DNA of 64,000 nucleotides from contig OZ231126.1 in NCBI GenBank assembly GCA_965153355.1, positions 31,310,001 through 31,374,000 on the forward strand, given 5' to 3'. The notes beneath the pieces are model-generated. The model saw only the letters and a list, made by a program, of their open reading frames with translations, was not told the DNA's origin and searched no databases. This document shows, in pieces, positions 14,093 to 27,604 of the stretch (its first letter is position 1; the number at the start of each line of letters is the position of its first letter). This DNA is from Flaccisagitta enflata. Taxonomy: Eukaryota. The position numbers were made by a program, and so were the translations under genes.

Positions 14093-14806
14093 GAAAAAGT
14101 CAAAAAAGCTATCTGCCCTGGATGATGACATTAAAAAAGTTCAAAAAGCTATCTGCCCCAGATGATGACATTGAAAAAGTCAAAAAAGGTATCTGCCCCA
14201 GATGATGACATTGAAAAAGTCAAAAAAGCTATCTGCCCCAAATGATGACATTGAAAAAGTCAAAAAAGCTATCTGCCCTGGATGATGACATTGAAAAAGT
14301 TCAAAAAGCTATATGCCCCACATGATGACATTGAAAAAGTCAAAAAAGCTATCTGCCCCAGATGATGACATTGAAAAATTTCAAAAAGCTATCTGCCCCA
14401 GATGATGACATTGAAAAAGTCAAAAAAGCTATCTGCCCCAGATGATAACATTAAAAAAGTCAAAAAGCTATCTGCCCCAGATGATGACATTGAAAAAGTC
14501 AAAAAAGCTATCTGCCCCAGATGATGACATTGAAAAAGTCAAAAAAGCTATCTGCCCCAGATGATGACATTGAAAAAGTCAAAAAAGCTATCTGCCCCAG
14601 ATGATGACATTGAAAAAGTCAAAAAAGCTATCTGCCCCAGATGATGACATTGAAAAAGTCAAAAAAGCTATCTGCCCCAGATGATAACATTGAAAAAGTC
14701 AAAAAAGCTATCTGCCCCAGATGATGACATTGAAAAAGTCAAAAAAGCTATCTGCCCCAGATGATGACATTGAAAAAGTCAAAAAAGCTATCTGCCCCAG
14801 ATGATG
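14091..14806. repeat. 40-bp tandem minisatellite, about 18 near-identical copies
   Basis: Unit ATGATGACATTGAAAAAGTCAAAAAAGCTATCTGCCCCAG; no spacers. Confidence 0.97.
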
Positions 14807-14884
14807 AAAAGGGAAGAAAAAAAAACCGCAGTGGGAAAAAATGTGGAGGAAAGAAAAACGAGTTTGAACAACCGCTAGACGAGA

Positions 14885-14960
<76 letters not shown>

Positions 14961-16348
14961 TAAACAAACAGACAGACAACAGACAGAGACAGGATGACAG
15001 GCAGAAAGATGTAAAGTTTCAGACACACAGACACACAGATAGGTAGGAGGACAGAAAAAAGACGGACAGATAGACAGACAGACAGTTACTCAGTCAGACA
15101 GACAGACAAAAAGAGAAACATTGAGAGAGGGAACGTGGAAACAAAGAAACGGAGAAACAGGAGAGAAAAAAGAGAAACATAGGAGGAACAAGGGATGAAT
15201 AAAAGGAGGAAAGAAGAGGAGGAAACTGGGATTGACGACGTGAAGACCGGGAGGAAGGAAAGAAGAGAGAGGAAGGGGAAGACGAGGAAGACGAGGAAGA
15301 GGAAGATGAGGAAGAAGAGGGGGGAAGCGTAGGAGAGAATCAATGAGGCGTTTTACGCGTTTTACGTCAGAAACCAGAAAATCGGCCGCCAAAACTCAGT
15401 TTTTGTGGCAAACCAAAACATCCGAAGGTGGAATACGCAAAAAGGCGCGAGAAATGACGTAGAGACATATGGAAACACAATTAAGAGGAGAGACAGACGG
15501 ACAGACATGCAGATACAAAGCCAGATAGACAGACACATTGACAAAGAGACAGACACATTGACAAAGAGACAGAGGGACAGACAGACAGATAGAAAGACAG
15601 ACAAACAGAGAGTTAAAAGCTAGACTGACAAAAAGGGAGACAGAACGACATACACAAAGAGATAGAAAGACAGAAAGACAAACATTCAGACAGACAGATA
15701 GATGGACGGACAGACAGATAGGTACACAGACAAACACACAAAAAAACAAATTGCCAGACAGACTGACAGACAGACAGGAGCAAAGAAAGATAGACAAACC
15801 GACATTAAAAAAAAACACAACCAAACAGGAAGACAGACGGACAGACACAAAGAGAGACAGACTGACAGATTGACAGAAAGATAGACAGACTGACAGACAA
15901 AAAGGCAGACAGACATTCAGACAGACAAGCAGACAGACAGACAGACGGAAAAAGAGACACATGAAAAGTAAATTAAGTAAGGATAGATTTGAAAAAGCCT
16001 CCAAAGACAGATATCGACATTATGTTTAACAGTTGCAACAGAAAATTTGATGAACAATTCACTTCCAATTTCAATTCATTGTTATTGACTATGGGCAAGT
16101 TACTTTATGATTTGACATCGAATATCCCATTAAGATTGAGAAAAAATAGCAACACAGTTGACGCAAATTGTGTGTCAAATTGTCTGTCACCACCGTTAGA
16201 AGTGATGAAAGAAAACAAGTTAGACAACACATGTGAAGGCAAATACGAAGTTAGAATTATGCGAGAACAGACGCGGAGACAGACAGATTCAAAGATATGA
16301 AAACACGCCACACAATACCGTGCCTCGCCATGCCATGTCGTCTGCATA

Positions 16349-16914
16349 CCACGCGTATAAAAAAAAAAAAAAAAAAAGACGCACCTGGTCATTTATTGAT
16401 AGAACAGACTAAAAAAATTGTTCTAAAATGTTTCCATTGAAAGTATTTTGAAGATTTTCAAATTTTCTTTCAATCTAGACCAGTCCCAGGTCTGTACCTC
16501 AAACCGTTTAGAAGTTACAGCCAGTCAAAGACAACTACTATTTTGAACACATGACAAAATACAAAATCATTAAAAAATTGTTTATTATTTCTTTATTTTA
16601 TGAAATTACTTTATGATAAACTTTCAAACATTTTTCAGTCAAAGTAATTTTAAAGATTTTCGAATTTTCTTTCATTCTAGACCAATCCCAAGTCCCAAGT
16701 TTTTCTCTTATGGAATTGTGAAAACAATTCTTGACTATTTTTACTCTTTTTTTTTTACTTCGCCCAAACGCCTCAAGATTAAAAGCTTTTTCTTTTTGAT
16801 TCTTAAAGCTTAAAAACTGGACTTTTCAATAGTGCAAAACATTTAACTTGAAATCAAAGAAAAAATAGCTAAAATGGTCATTTAAAAGTGCGTCTTTTTT
16901 TTTTATTCGCGTGG
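16349..16914. mobile_element. MITE with TA TSD and TIR CCACGCG-A(n)-GACGCAC
   Basis: Related copy at 44016-44419 and fragments near 45720-45898 and 59703-59830 share tctagaccaatccc. Confidence 0.8.
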
Positions 16915-16999
16915 TATTACCGTGCCAGGCGTGCCTCAGTATGCTGCGCCGTCCACATACTACTGTTCCCTACCCAACTACGTCATAGCACGTCCGCTA

Positions 17000-17140
17000 T
17001 TTGCCTACCATTCGCCTACCATTCGCCTGTCATTCGCTCGCCATTCGCCTGCCATTCGCCTGCCATCCGCCTGCCATTCGCCTGCGATTCGCCTGCCATT
17101 CGCCTGCCATTCGCCTGCCATTCGCCTGCCATCCGCCTTA
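17000..17140. repeat. 11-bp tandem repeat CCATTCGCCTG
   Basis: About 12 copies. Confidence 0.9.
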
Positions 17141-17237
17141 CACTATTGAGCGCACATTCGAGTAGAAATCCAATTAGACACATTTGCTTATCTTCGCAAG
17201 ACGACATTCTGGCAATGCACCTGCAATGTCGCCTGGA

Positions 17238-17311
<74 letters not shown>

Positions 17312-17357
17312 TGGCAGAGGCAGGCAGAGACAGACAGACAGACAGACAGACAGAGCT

Positions 17358-17494
<137 letters not shown>

Positions 17495-18494
17495 AAGACA
17501 GACAGACAAACAGACAGACAAACAGACAGAGATGTCCATGGTATGGCGCTTTCACCCTATTTGTATTTGACGCGTTCTGCCAAATTGATGACATTAGGAA
17601 ATTGGGGGAACCAATAAAGACGTCGTCTTGATCTGAGTTCTTGATAACTTTCTACTGTAGAGTCGCAGCTGCACCTGAACTGAGAGCAGTAAATCTTTGT
17701 GACAATCGTTCTGTTCACTTTGTTAGCCACCGGTAGTGGGATTGATAAGACTACATTAATTTTTTGTCAATCAAAACCTCAACAATCCGGTAAATTTCTG
17801 TAAATTTTATCTAAGAAACAAGATTAGAGATGTGATTGAATGCCGTTCCCCTTATCGACTTTCTCCATGCAACTCACTGCAGAATGCCTTTTAAAGGTTG
17901 TCTTTCAGTATGCAAATTAGTCTGAGTGACTAATTTGCATAAGCATATGCATCTTAATGAGTTTCAAATTGCATCAAGTTTAAGGTGATGATAGTAAATG
18001 TTGTTTTAAAAGCCATTGTCTGAGTTTCAATCCAAATTTCGTATTTCTAAGGGAGGAAAATGACTATTTGGGTGGAAACAAAAATAAAACGGCCAATCAA
18101 CGTTAAATTAAGCGCAATTGACCATATTTACCAACATCCGTTTACGAAAAAATCTCTTTATAACATCTTACAAGATGCATATGAATGCATCGCAACCACA
18201 AAAATAGTCAAAAATACTATTTTGATTTTTGACTACTCCAGGCTAACTTTGTTTATGTGTCTTGGAGCGTTTCTCTGTCTACGCCTGGGGTGTATGTTTC
18301 AGGGAAAATGATAGCCTCTCTTAATGGGCAGGGTCGCAACTTGCAAGATGTAAAGTGACAACTCAATGACGACAGTTGTTAGTCGATAAGACGATAGTCG
18401 TTCGTCGCTGGTCGTCTCTGTGTTGGTGAGTGGTGTACGCTAGAAAATTTGATCACCATGTCCATTTGATTCACTAGGGGCTGTCGGGGGGGGG

Positions 18495-18660
18495 GGGAGT
18501 TAGCTCGGTGGTGACGAGCGGGCTTTTTTAAGAGTTTAATTCCCCTCTTCGCCTTGAGGTGTCCTTTTAACTGAGGTGGAAGGGCGCATCCTTGTTCCGG
18601 ATATTAACAAAGGGTTTCCTGGGTAATTCCCGCAAACATGATGTCTAGCTAGAGGGAGGG
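18495..18660 (+). mobile_element. Possible tRNA-derived SINE remnant
   Basis: A-box-like TAGCTCGGTGG and B-box-like GAGTTTAATTCC at tRNA-like spacing; no intact cloverleaf. Confidence 0.35.
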
Positions 18661-18669
18661 AGGACCATA

Positions 18670-19103
18670 CACGCTTTTCCTTATATAAGAACACTGTTTA
18701 TAAGAACATCAGCCTCAGCTTTAGCCAAAAAAAAGAACATTAAAAGAACATGCTGAGCCTCAGATTTTAAGATAAGAATAATATTTAAAAAAAAACTAGT
18801 AAAATTAGATGAAAAACCCAAAATGATTGATATTTTGATAATATTTTTTATAATGATGATTCATTATTTATCAAATATCAATCTTACATTTCTTTTTATG
18901 TAATAAAATCTTTTTTTTCAACAATTGCTTCAATTATATCATTAAGATGATGTAAATATATAATTATAAAGAAATTATCTTATTCAAAAGTAAGAACATG
19001 TTAAGAATGCTTGAGCCTGAAAACAGGGCTAAAGATAAGAACGCCGAGGCTCACTTTAAATAAATTGTTTAAAAAGCCATGTTCTTATAAAATGAAAAGC
19101 GTG
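18670..19103. mobile_element. MITE with TA TSD
   Basis: TA|CACGCTTTTCCTTATATAAGAAC...GTTCTTATAAAATGAAAAGCGTG|TA; repeated TAAGAAC motifs; a related end at ~63720. Confidence 0.8.
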
Positions 19104-19208
19104 TATAGTTTGTGGACAAAACGACAACAACAACAACAGAGACAACAACAACGACATCAATAACAACAACAAAGACATCAACAACGACAATGACAAAAAC
19201 AAAACAAA

Positions 19209-19250
<42 letters not shown>

Positions 19251-19347
19251 CCACAACCACAACCACAACCACAACCACAACCACAACAACAACAACAACT
19301 ACAACAACGACCATAATAACAACAACAACTACAATAACGACCATAAT

Positions 19348-19442
<95 letters not shown>

Positions 19443-19462
19443 CCACAACCACAACCACAACC

Positions 19463-19507
<45 letters not shown>

Positions 19508-19919
19508 GCAACAGCAACAGCCACAACCACAACCACAACCACAACCACAACAACATCAACAACAACAACAATAACAACAACAACAAAAACAACAGCTTGG
19601 AGGATGAACGTTGCTTATCTATTTACGCGTTTCTTTTTGGTTGCTAGTTACCGCATTGTGACAACAGATGATTCCACACCTGGAAATGTCAAGTTCGCGA
19701 AACAAAAGAACAGCTTTGCTGCTTTTGAGTGTCATAGATATGACGAAATGCTTCAGCGCTCGCTACACAAGTACACTGTCAGTCTGTCATGAAAAGCGTA
19801 CAAGTCAACTGTCGTTTGCATTCTCTTCAACTTGTACCATCTTGGAAAAAAACTCCAGTGAAACCCCGCCTCCGAGTCAATTGCACGCGACAAGACCGCC
19901 CCTAACCAAGATGCTACAC

Positions 19920-20822
19920 AGAAAGAAGAAGAAGAAGAAGAAGAAGAAGAAGAAGAAGAAGAAGAAGAAGAAGAAGAAGAAGAAGAAGAAAAAGAAGAAG
20001 AAGAAGAAGAAGAATAAGAAGAAGAAGAACAAGGCCAACACCTATAAGTCGCGTGCGAGACTTACAGACTAAGAATGACTTAGAATGACTTAGAATGACT
20101 TAGAATGACTTTCAATGACTTAGAATGACCTAAAATGACCAAAAAGGACTTAAAATGACTAAAAAACCTAATGACCAAAAATAACTTAGAATAACTTAAA
20201 ATGACTTAGAATGACTTAGAATGACTCAAAATGACTTAGAATAACTATAAATGACCTAAAATGACTTAAAATGACCTAAGAGTTGTCGTAATAGTACAAA
20301 AAAGTAAAGTGTGACGGACCAACGGACGGACCGACGGACCGACGGACCGACGGACGGACGAAGCGGGTTGTAGTGTCGCGTGCACGCGACTAAAAAGAAG
20401 AAGAGAAAAAAGAAGAGGAAAAAGAAAAAAGAAGAAGAGGAAAAAGAAGAAGAAACAAAGAAGAAGAAGAAGAAGAAGAAGAAGAAGAAGAAGAAGAAGA
20501 AGAAGAAGAAGAAAAAGAAGAAACAGAAGAAACAGAAGAAACAGAAGAAAAAGAAGAAAAAGAAGAAAAAGAAGAAAAAGTAAAAAAAGAAAAAGTAGAA
20601 AAAGAAAAAGTAGAAAAAGAAAAAGTAGAAAAAGAAAAAGACAAAGACAAAGACAAAGACAATAACAAAGACAAAGACAAAGACAAAGACAAAGACAAAG
20701 ACAAAGACAAAGACAAAGACAAAGACAAAGACGAAAAAGAAAAAGACGAAAAAGAAAAAGACGAACAAAAAGATAGAGAAGAAGAAAAAGAAAAAAAGGG
20801 AGAAGATTAAAAAGAAGAAGAA
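19920..20822. repeat. (GAA)n and (GACAAA)n low-complexity tracts flanking a HINE
   Basis: Read directly. Confidence 0.9.
20028..20396. mobile_element. HINE-like element (ACAAGGCC...CGCGACTAAAA family) with TTAGAATGAC decamer array
   Basis: Very similar copy at 50388-50746. Relatives with (GACC/GACG)n at ~12587, 22575, 30605, 32420, 33875, 39797, 51167, 55881 and 56069. End palindrome AGTCGCGTGCACGCGACT. Confidence 0.72.
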
Positions 20823-21645
20823 CAAGTGACGCGGGGTCACAATATCGTTGCGGACGGGTGGCCAGGGGCATACAACCCCCAGCCTCACCCCAACCCTACC
20901 CCCAACCACTCCTGCCAATCACTCACACACTCACACACATAACAACAACAACAACAACTGCGTGTTTTTCGCGTTTTCAACGCGAGTGTGATGGACCGAC
21001 CGACGGACTATTGGGATCGACAGATCGACCAATGAATCAACGGATCAACGGAAAAACCGACCAACCGACAAAGCCCCTTATAGACTGGCGTGTCCGCAAG
21101 AAGAGAATAAGGAAGAGAAAAGAAAGAAACAGAGGAAAAGTGGTAATAAAAACCGGAAGCGGTGGTGGGAGCTCAAAACACTTTTTCAATGGAGGCCTTT
21201 TGCCCATTGGCCTTTTCGTCTACCATTCCAAAATCTTCCACTTATGCTTCCATTTTAGAAATCAGTTAAGCCTTACGGATAGATGTCAATTATTTGTACC
21301 GCGGCCACGTAAATTGACTATCTGCTCAATGAGTCATTCCACAAAAATAAAAATCGTTTGCTATTCAATTCTTAGAAATCACCGGCTTCGGGTGAGTTGG
21401 TCCTGTCAATTTTGCCAAATGCTATCTAAAGAATGCAAATCAATCCAAAAAGTCTTTGATCGAGAAACGCTCACCGATGGATATCACTATATCGGTATCA
21501 TTTGTGCATGAAAGCCATTATGTTGCCCCTGCACTCATTCTCTTTGAGGGAGGGTGGGGGGCAGGGTTGAGTTTGATGACCAAAGCGCAAACAATTCAAT
21601 TGGCAAATTGAGCAAAAAGATAAACAAAAGTCAATATCTCAACAA

Positions 21646-21875
21646 AACAAGTGACGCGGGGTCACAATATCGTTGCGGACGGGTGGGCAGGGGCATCAAA
21701 CTCCCAACCACATCCAACGCCCCACGCAACCCCCCTTCCAACACAGACACAAACACAAAAAGCTTTATAAACGATCGTTTTCTCACTTTTTGACTCACAG
21801 ACAGACGGACGGACGGACGGACCTACGGACGGACGGACAAAGCTTCTTATAGTGTTGCGTGTCCGCAACTAAAAA
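21646..21875. mobile_element. HINE-like element (ACAAGTGACGCGGGGTCAC...GTCCGCAACTAAAA family)
   Basis: Terminal hairpin GTGACGCGGGGTCAC, IR TTGCGGAC/GTCCGCAA, (GACG)n; copies at ~11232, 20821, 27712, 60505 and 62700. Confidence 0.7.
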
Positions 21876-24753
21876 CCTCGCGGCATCACATGGGTCAAAT
21901 TTCGACCTCCCCTTATCTTGTTTCCTTTTTGAACAGCAAATACAATAAGTCAATTGAATAATGAATTATGAAAAATGGACCCGTAATGAACCACCCACTG
22001 GGCGTGTGAGTTGGCTTTCTTGTGAAAATAAGGCCGGGCACACGGATACCCCAGTCGCATGCGAGTGGGCAGGCGCAGTAATAAAGAAAGTAACTAGGGC
22101 ATTTGGGCAGGAGCAATTAGCTCAAAAAGCTCAAAAGCTCAAAATAAAAAGGGACCCAACCAATCAACCGACCGACCATCTGACGGACGGACGGACCTTT
22201 ATAGCGGGGTGTAGAGTTCTTACAGATTTGTTTCCAAAATTCCATTTGATATTGACGCCACTTGTCACAGCTGCACTTCCTGCTGGTGCGTGCGAGGCCA
22301 ACATCACCCAGATGGCCGTGACAAAAGAGCGTGTTGGCGTTGAGGTGGTTCTCAATCGAATCAACGCATTTTTTCAATGGAGGCTGGACCTACCAGGCAA
22401 GCGAGTATATGGGAGGAGGTCTCCCAGTAGAGTGCTGGGTCGGCGTACGAAGGATGTTGGAATGTTATGAAGGACTTAATGCGTTATGTGCAATTGTTTT
22501 GATTTCTGTAGAAAATCTTTTCCATTCAAACGATCATAACTTTTGTTTTTTGATGAAATTGGTGACCAAAATGTAGTGTTTTTCTACACCCCGCTATGTC
22601 GGTCCGTCGGTTGGTCAGTCGGTCGGTCAGTCGGTCGGTCGGTCGGTCGGTCGGTTGGTCGGTCGGTTGGTCGGTCGGTTGATCGGTCGATCAGTCCTCA
22701 TTTTTCTTTTTTGGCGTTTTTGGGCTTTTTGAGCATATTGGGCCTGCTCAGGTGCCCTGGTGACCTTCTCCAGCACTGCTCCAGCCCATCAGCACGCGAC
22801 TAGCGTAGCCGTGTATCCGGCCTTGTTGTTTTTAGTGCAACCGAATTGGTCAAGCCCATAAAAAGTTACGGTGAGTCTAAGTTAGGAAAGAGAAAACTAT
22901 CTGATTGTGCAAAATGTCTTGAACGCTATCTCTTCCATAGTGCCTCCAGAGGCATTATGAATTATTTCTCTGGCAAATGGTGGCCAAAATTCAGTTAGAG
23001 GAATCCCATATTGAATATTGATCGAATTTCACTCGACTGATGTATTATGATTAGTCAACTGGATTCAAAGGTGGAAACATTTTGATTTCGAAGATAGTAA
23101 TACAAGCGCTGAAATACATAGCATTTTTCATGCCTGATATCAGGTTATGACGTGACCCAATACGTTCACCCGCACCTACACAACACTTCCTGTATACTAA
23201 TAAAGGCGGCTAATCGCCGACCGGAAAAAAGTCGTAAATGGGAGTTTATTTTTTTCAGTGCAAGTTCCACCCTGTTAATCCATCTGGTAAAAGATTTACG
23301 GCAAAGACACCTTTCAAAACCACTTTCCCATGCTCAGTAACTGCGTGGAGATTTCCGATAAAATAGGGGCAAAAAAATTCGCTTACAAACTTTTCTTCCA
23401 ACACCCCTCTTGTCATAGGTTGTAAGTACAGGCCACATAATGCAATCTCCACTAGATAAGGTAACTTCTAAAGCCTTTATCTCCTAAACGAATTGAGCAA
23501 ATGACCTCAACTTGGGCTCATTTTAAAGAAGTTTGTCTGCTCTTGAAAATGAGCCACAGTTGAGGTCATTTGCTCAATTCGTCTAGGAGCAACAGTCGTC
23601 CAAAGTTGATGTTATTTTCAGAAAAATGGCAAAGACCCTTGCTACTTTGAGAGTTTGTATCTCTGAGACGAATTGAGCAAATGATCTGAATTTGGGCTTA
23701 TTTTACAGAGCTGACAAAACTTTAATAAATGAGCTCAGGTTGAGGTCATTTGCTCAATTCGTTAAGGAGCAGCAGTTTTCCATAGTTGATGTTATTTTCA
23801 GAAAAATAACAAAGACCCATACAACTTAAAGAGCGTGTATCTCTTAAACAAATAGAGCTAGAGACCTCAACTTGGGCACATTTTAAAAAACATTTGTGCT
23901 CTTTAAAATGAGTTTAAATTGAGACAATTTGCTCTTTTTGTTTAGGAGCAACCATCTTTTAAAGTTGATGTTATTTTCAGAAATATGCAAAGATGCTCAA
24001 AATTATAGAAGCTTTTATTTTCAGTCCGTCTGTCCGTCCATCCCTATGTACACCCCCCATGATGCCTCTCAGGCTCAAGTCTGGCTCTTTCAGGTCTGAA
24101 ATCAGTCCTAAGAGACTCAAATCATCCCTCTCAGACCTAGAATCACCTCTCTTGGGTTCAAAACTGGCTCTCTCAGGTCTAAAACCAGCCTTCTTACACC
24201 CAAAATAAACCCTCTTTGGCCCAAAATTAGCCCTCTCACACCCTATGTAAGCCCTCTGAGGCCAGTATTCAGCCCTCTCTGGCCTAGAATATGCCCTATG
24301 AGGCCTCAAATTTGCCCTTGCAAGCCTAAAATCTCAGGATGGATGATTGTGAGGAAATTCACCTCTGTCCTAAAGGACATCGGCTCTGTTGGGCTGCTGC
24401 CCTGCTCTCACTCCACTTCATCAGCTGATCCTTCTGAGCAGTGAGCAGGGCATTGGGTACCGCTGACCAAGTGCGATCCTGGGATGACTTGTTACTTTTT
24501 TGGCGTTTTTGGGTATCTTAAGCTCACAGCTCCTGCCCAAATGCCCTAGTGACCTTCATCACTGCCCCTATCCACATGCACGCGACTAGGGTAGCTGTGC
24601 ATCCGGCCTTGTTTAGTCCAAAAGACCTGATTTTTAGCTTGATTTGGGGTCCTGGAGGTCTGATTTGCAGTGTAAAAGGCCTGATTTGGGAATTGAGGGG
24701 CCTGATCTGGGGTCTGAGAGGCCTGACTAACAGAATTCTGCTTATAAAGGATA

Positions 24754-25341
24754 CTATCTAGAGCAAAAGTATGGCAACACCATAAGACTTTATTTATGTA
24801 TTTAATAAATAATGCATGATATGATTGTGAAATATGTTCAATACATGGCGTTCCCTCCCTGGGCATCAATGACCACCTTCATAGGCCTCAGCATGCATTT
24901 GTAAAGAGATTTTAGGTAAGTTGGAAGGACTTTAAGAGTGATTCTTTTAATCCTTGCCATGCAACCAAAGTCACATATTCCTTGCTTAGTATAGCTGCTT
25001 TGTTTGAGACCAAAGCAGGGTTTAAGATTTGAGCTGTCCCCAGCCTACCACAAAAAAGTTTGTCACTGTGTTTTGTGTGCCATTGCTTCTTTGTATAAGC
25101 GCAATGTGTCAAAGTGCCATCATTCAATAACTAACTACAATTTCATTGCTATTTTTGATAAGGAGTAGCAATCTTGTTTTATCTGTCATTTCTCAACGCT
25201 TTGATTTAGATGAATGCAACTTGCATCATTGGATCAGAAATTTGATCTAATTTCAGAATCTCTCTGATTTTCATATGAATTTCTTATTCTAAGGGGAGAT
25301 ATTGCTCAAAACATCTGTTGCCATACTTTTGCTCTAGATAG
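24754..25341. mobile_element. MITE with perfect ~26-bp TIR and TA TSD
   Basis: TA|CTATCTAGAGCAAAAGTATGGCAACA...TGTTGCCATACTTTTGCTCTAGATAG|TA. Confidence 0.88.
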
Positions 25342-26814
25342 TACAAATTCACAGCTCCAACAGAATTCCATCTAAAACAGATAAAATTTGTTAGTCCCTT
25401 GAAATCCGTTACAGCGGGGTTTAATTGTATACAGAAAACCAGAAAAAATGTTTGGAACCATAGGTCATTGGCCCCTTTAGGGCTGCTACCATTACCATTT
25501 GTTTAACCTCTCACTGAAAAGGAACCAATTTTAATATTGTCATCCAAGGATCGCACATGGTCAGCAGTACCCCATGCCCTGCTTAGTGATTTGCTGAAAA
25601 AGTGAAGTGAGAGCAGGGTAGCAGTCCCATAAGGCCAATGTCCTGTAGGGCACAGGGGTGAATTTCCATAGTTCTAGAATAGCACGTTTAACAGCTGATT
25701 TGATTGATTGGGGCGCAGTAATGGGTCATGTAGGGGCTCATTTAGGGGGTCTACAGGCTCAAATGAGATCAGAGATGAGGGCAGATAAGAAACCTGAGAG
25801 GGTTACTTTGAGGACTGGATTGAGATTGGTCAGATTTTAAGTTTGAGAAGACTGATTTTTGGCTTGAGAGAGCTAATTTTGGACCTGAGAGGGCTGATTT
25901 TGGGCCTGAGAGAGCTGAGTTTTAAGCCTGAGAGGACTGATTTTATGCCTGAAAGGGCTATTTTAGGGTCTAATGGGTTAATTTGGAGATTGAGAAGGGT
26001 CTTGGGGGGACGTATGTTCAGACAGGACGGACATCTGGAAATTCACCCCTGTGCCCTACTGGGCATTGGCCCTTTGGGGCCGCTGCCTTAAAAGTTTGGG
26101 GCCGCTGCCAAAAAAGCTGTTCACTTAGTCTGCCGCATAATGCAGAAATGGAATAGAACTAGTCATCCAAGGATCGCACATGGTCAGCAGTACTTGATGC
26201 CCTGCTTGGATTGGTCCAGAAAAAAGTGGAGCGAGAGCAGGGCAGCGGCCACAAAGGGCCAATGTCCTGTAGAAAAACAGGGGGGAATTTCCAAACATCC
26301 TGAGGGGGCATATTTCAGGCCTGATTCAGGCCACTGAAGGCATATTGGAGAGCTGGAGGGCAGAATTAAGGCTTGAAGAGCTGATTTGAGGTTTGGAGGG
26401 CAGATTTGAGCCACGGAGGGCTGATTTGATGCTTGAAGAGCAGATTCTAAGTCTGGAGGTCAGATTTGAGGCTGGGAGAGGGGCTGATTTGAAGCCAGGA
26501 AGGCCGACTTGAGGCCTGGAGGGCTAAATTGAGGGTCGGGAGGGCAAATATGAGGCCTTTATGGCCAACGGGGGGGGGACGGACGGAAAGACAGATGTCT
26601 GGAAATTCCCCCCTGTGTTCTACAGGCCCTTTGCAGCCGCTGCCCAAAAAGCATGCTGCAATGACGTTAAAGAGGATGAAACTCGAGGATGATTCCACAT
26701 ATTTTCTAGGGTTTTCTGTACATACCCCCCAGCCTCAAACTGGTCCTCCATGACCTTCTTACCTCAAATCAGACCTCTCAGACCCCAAATTTAGCCTCTA
26801 AGAAAACAGATCTG

Positions 26815-27604
26815 CAGACCTTTTTTTAAAGCGAGCCCGTCAGTCCGAGGCTCTCTATTTTGCTGTTGCGCTCTCACTTTTTGATGGCTCTGAGCCCGGC
26901 TGGCTCTCTCTGATTTGGGGTGACATGTTCGACTCAAGTGTATTTGATTTTTGTAGGATTTCCAAAGAGCACACCAACTATTTAAGAGACTTACTCAGAA
27001 GTAAGAAGTTAGTTTGTACAAATTTTTTGGAATTTTATATTTCATCTGTTGTTTTCCTCTCTCTCTTTTGCGGAAAAGTAAGAAAGCAAATGAATTCCCT
27101 CCTCTGTCTCTATCATGAGCTAAGTGTCTTTCAGAAGCATGCCACGCTTCTCCATTGAGTCGATTAGTCCATTCTTTGAATAGTCAGTCCATTTATAACT
27201 CTTTCCTTTTTTGGCGTAATGGGGAATTATAAACATCACTGCCTCTGCCCAAATACTTGACTGCCCTTTACTCTGCCCCCATCCACCCTCTCGGAACCAG
27301 GGTAACTGTGTATCCGGCCTTGTTTTTTTTTCAAATGTAATGTAAATGCGTCTGATGTTGACTTTAAAAGAAAGTTTATATTCAATCAATAATGATTTTT
27401 TCTTTAATACCCTTGTATTTCTGTTAACAGAGATACAAAAAAGCCACTGTTACAGACCAATGCTATGATGTAGGCTCAAACGCTAAAAAATTTGATAAAA
27501 ATGGTAATTTTTTATCGGGCTCGCTGGTTTTCTGTCGGGCTCTGTAAAATCAGGCAGGGACAGCCCGACTGGCTCTGTCAAAAAATTCACTAAAAAAAGG
27601 CCTG
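26815..27604. mobile_element. Non-autonomous hAT element
   Basis: Perfect 8-bp TSD CAGATCTG; TIR CAG(A/G)CCTTTTTTT; subterminal GAGCCCG/CGGGCTC motifs. Confidence 0.85.

Noticed and set aside
14091..14806. CRISPR-like array
   Set aside because: The units are head-to-tail with no unique spacers, there are no cas genes, and the context is eukaryotic.
15989..16300. 103-aa plus-strand ORF
   Set aside because: No recognisable motif or convincing splice signals; cannot be supported.
18495..18560. Functional tRNA gene
   Set aside because: Only A/B-box-like motifs are present; there is no anticodon arm or acceptor stem, and there is an internal T run.
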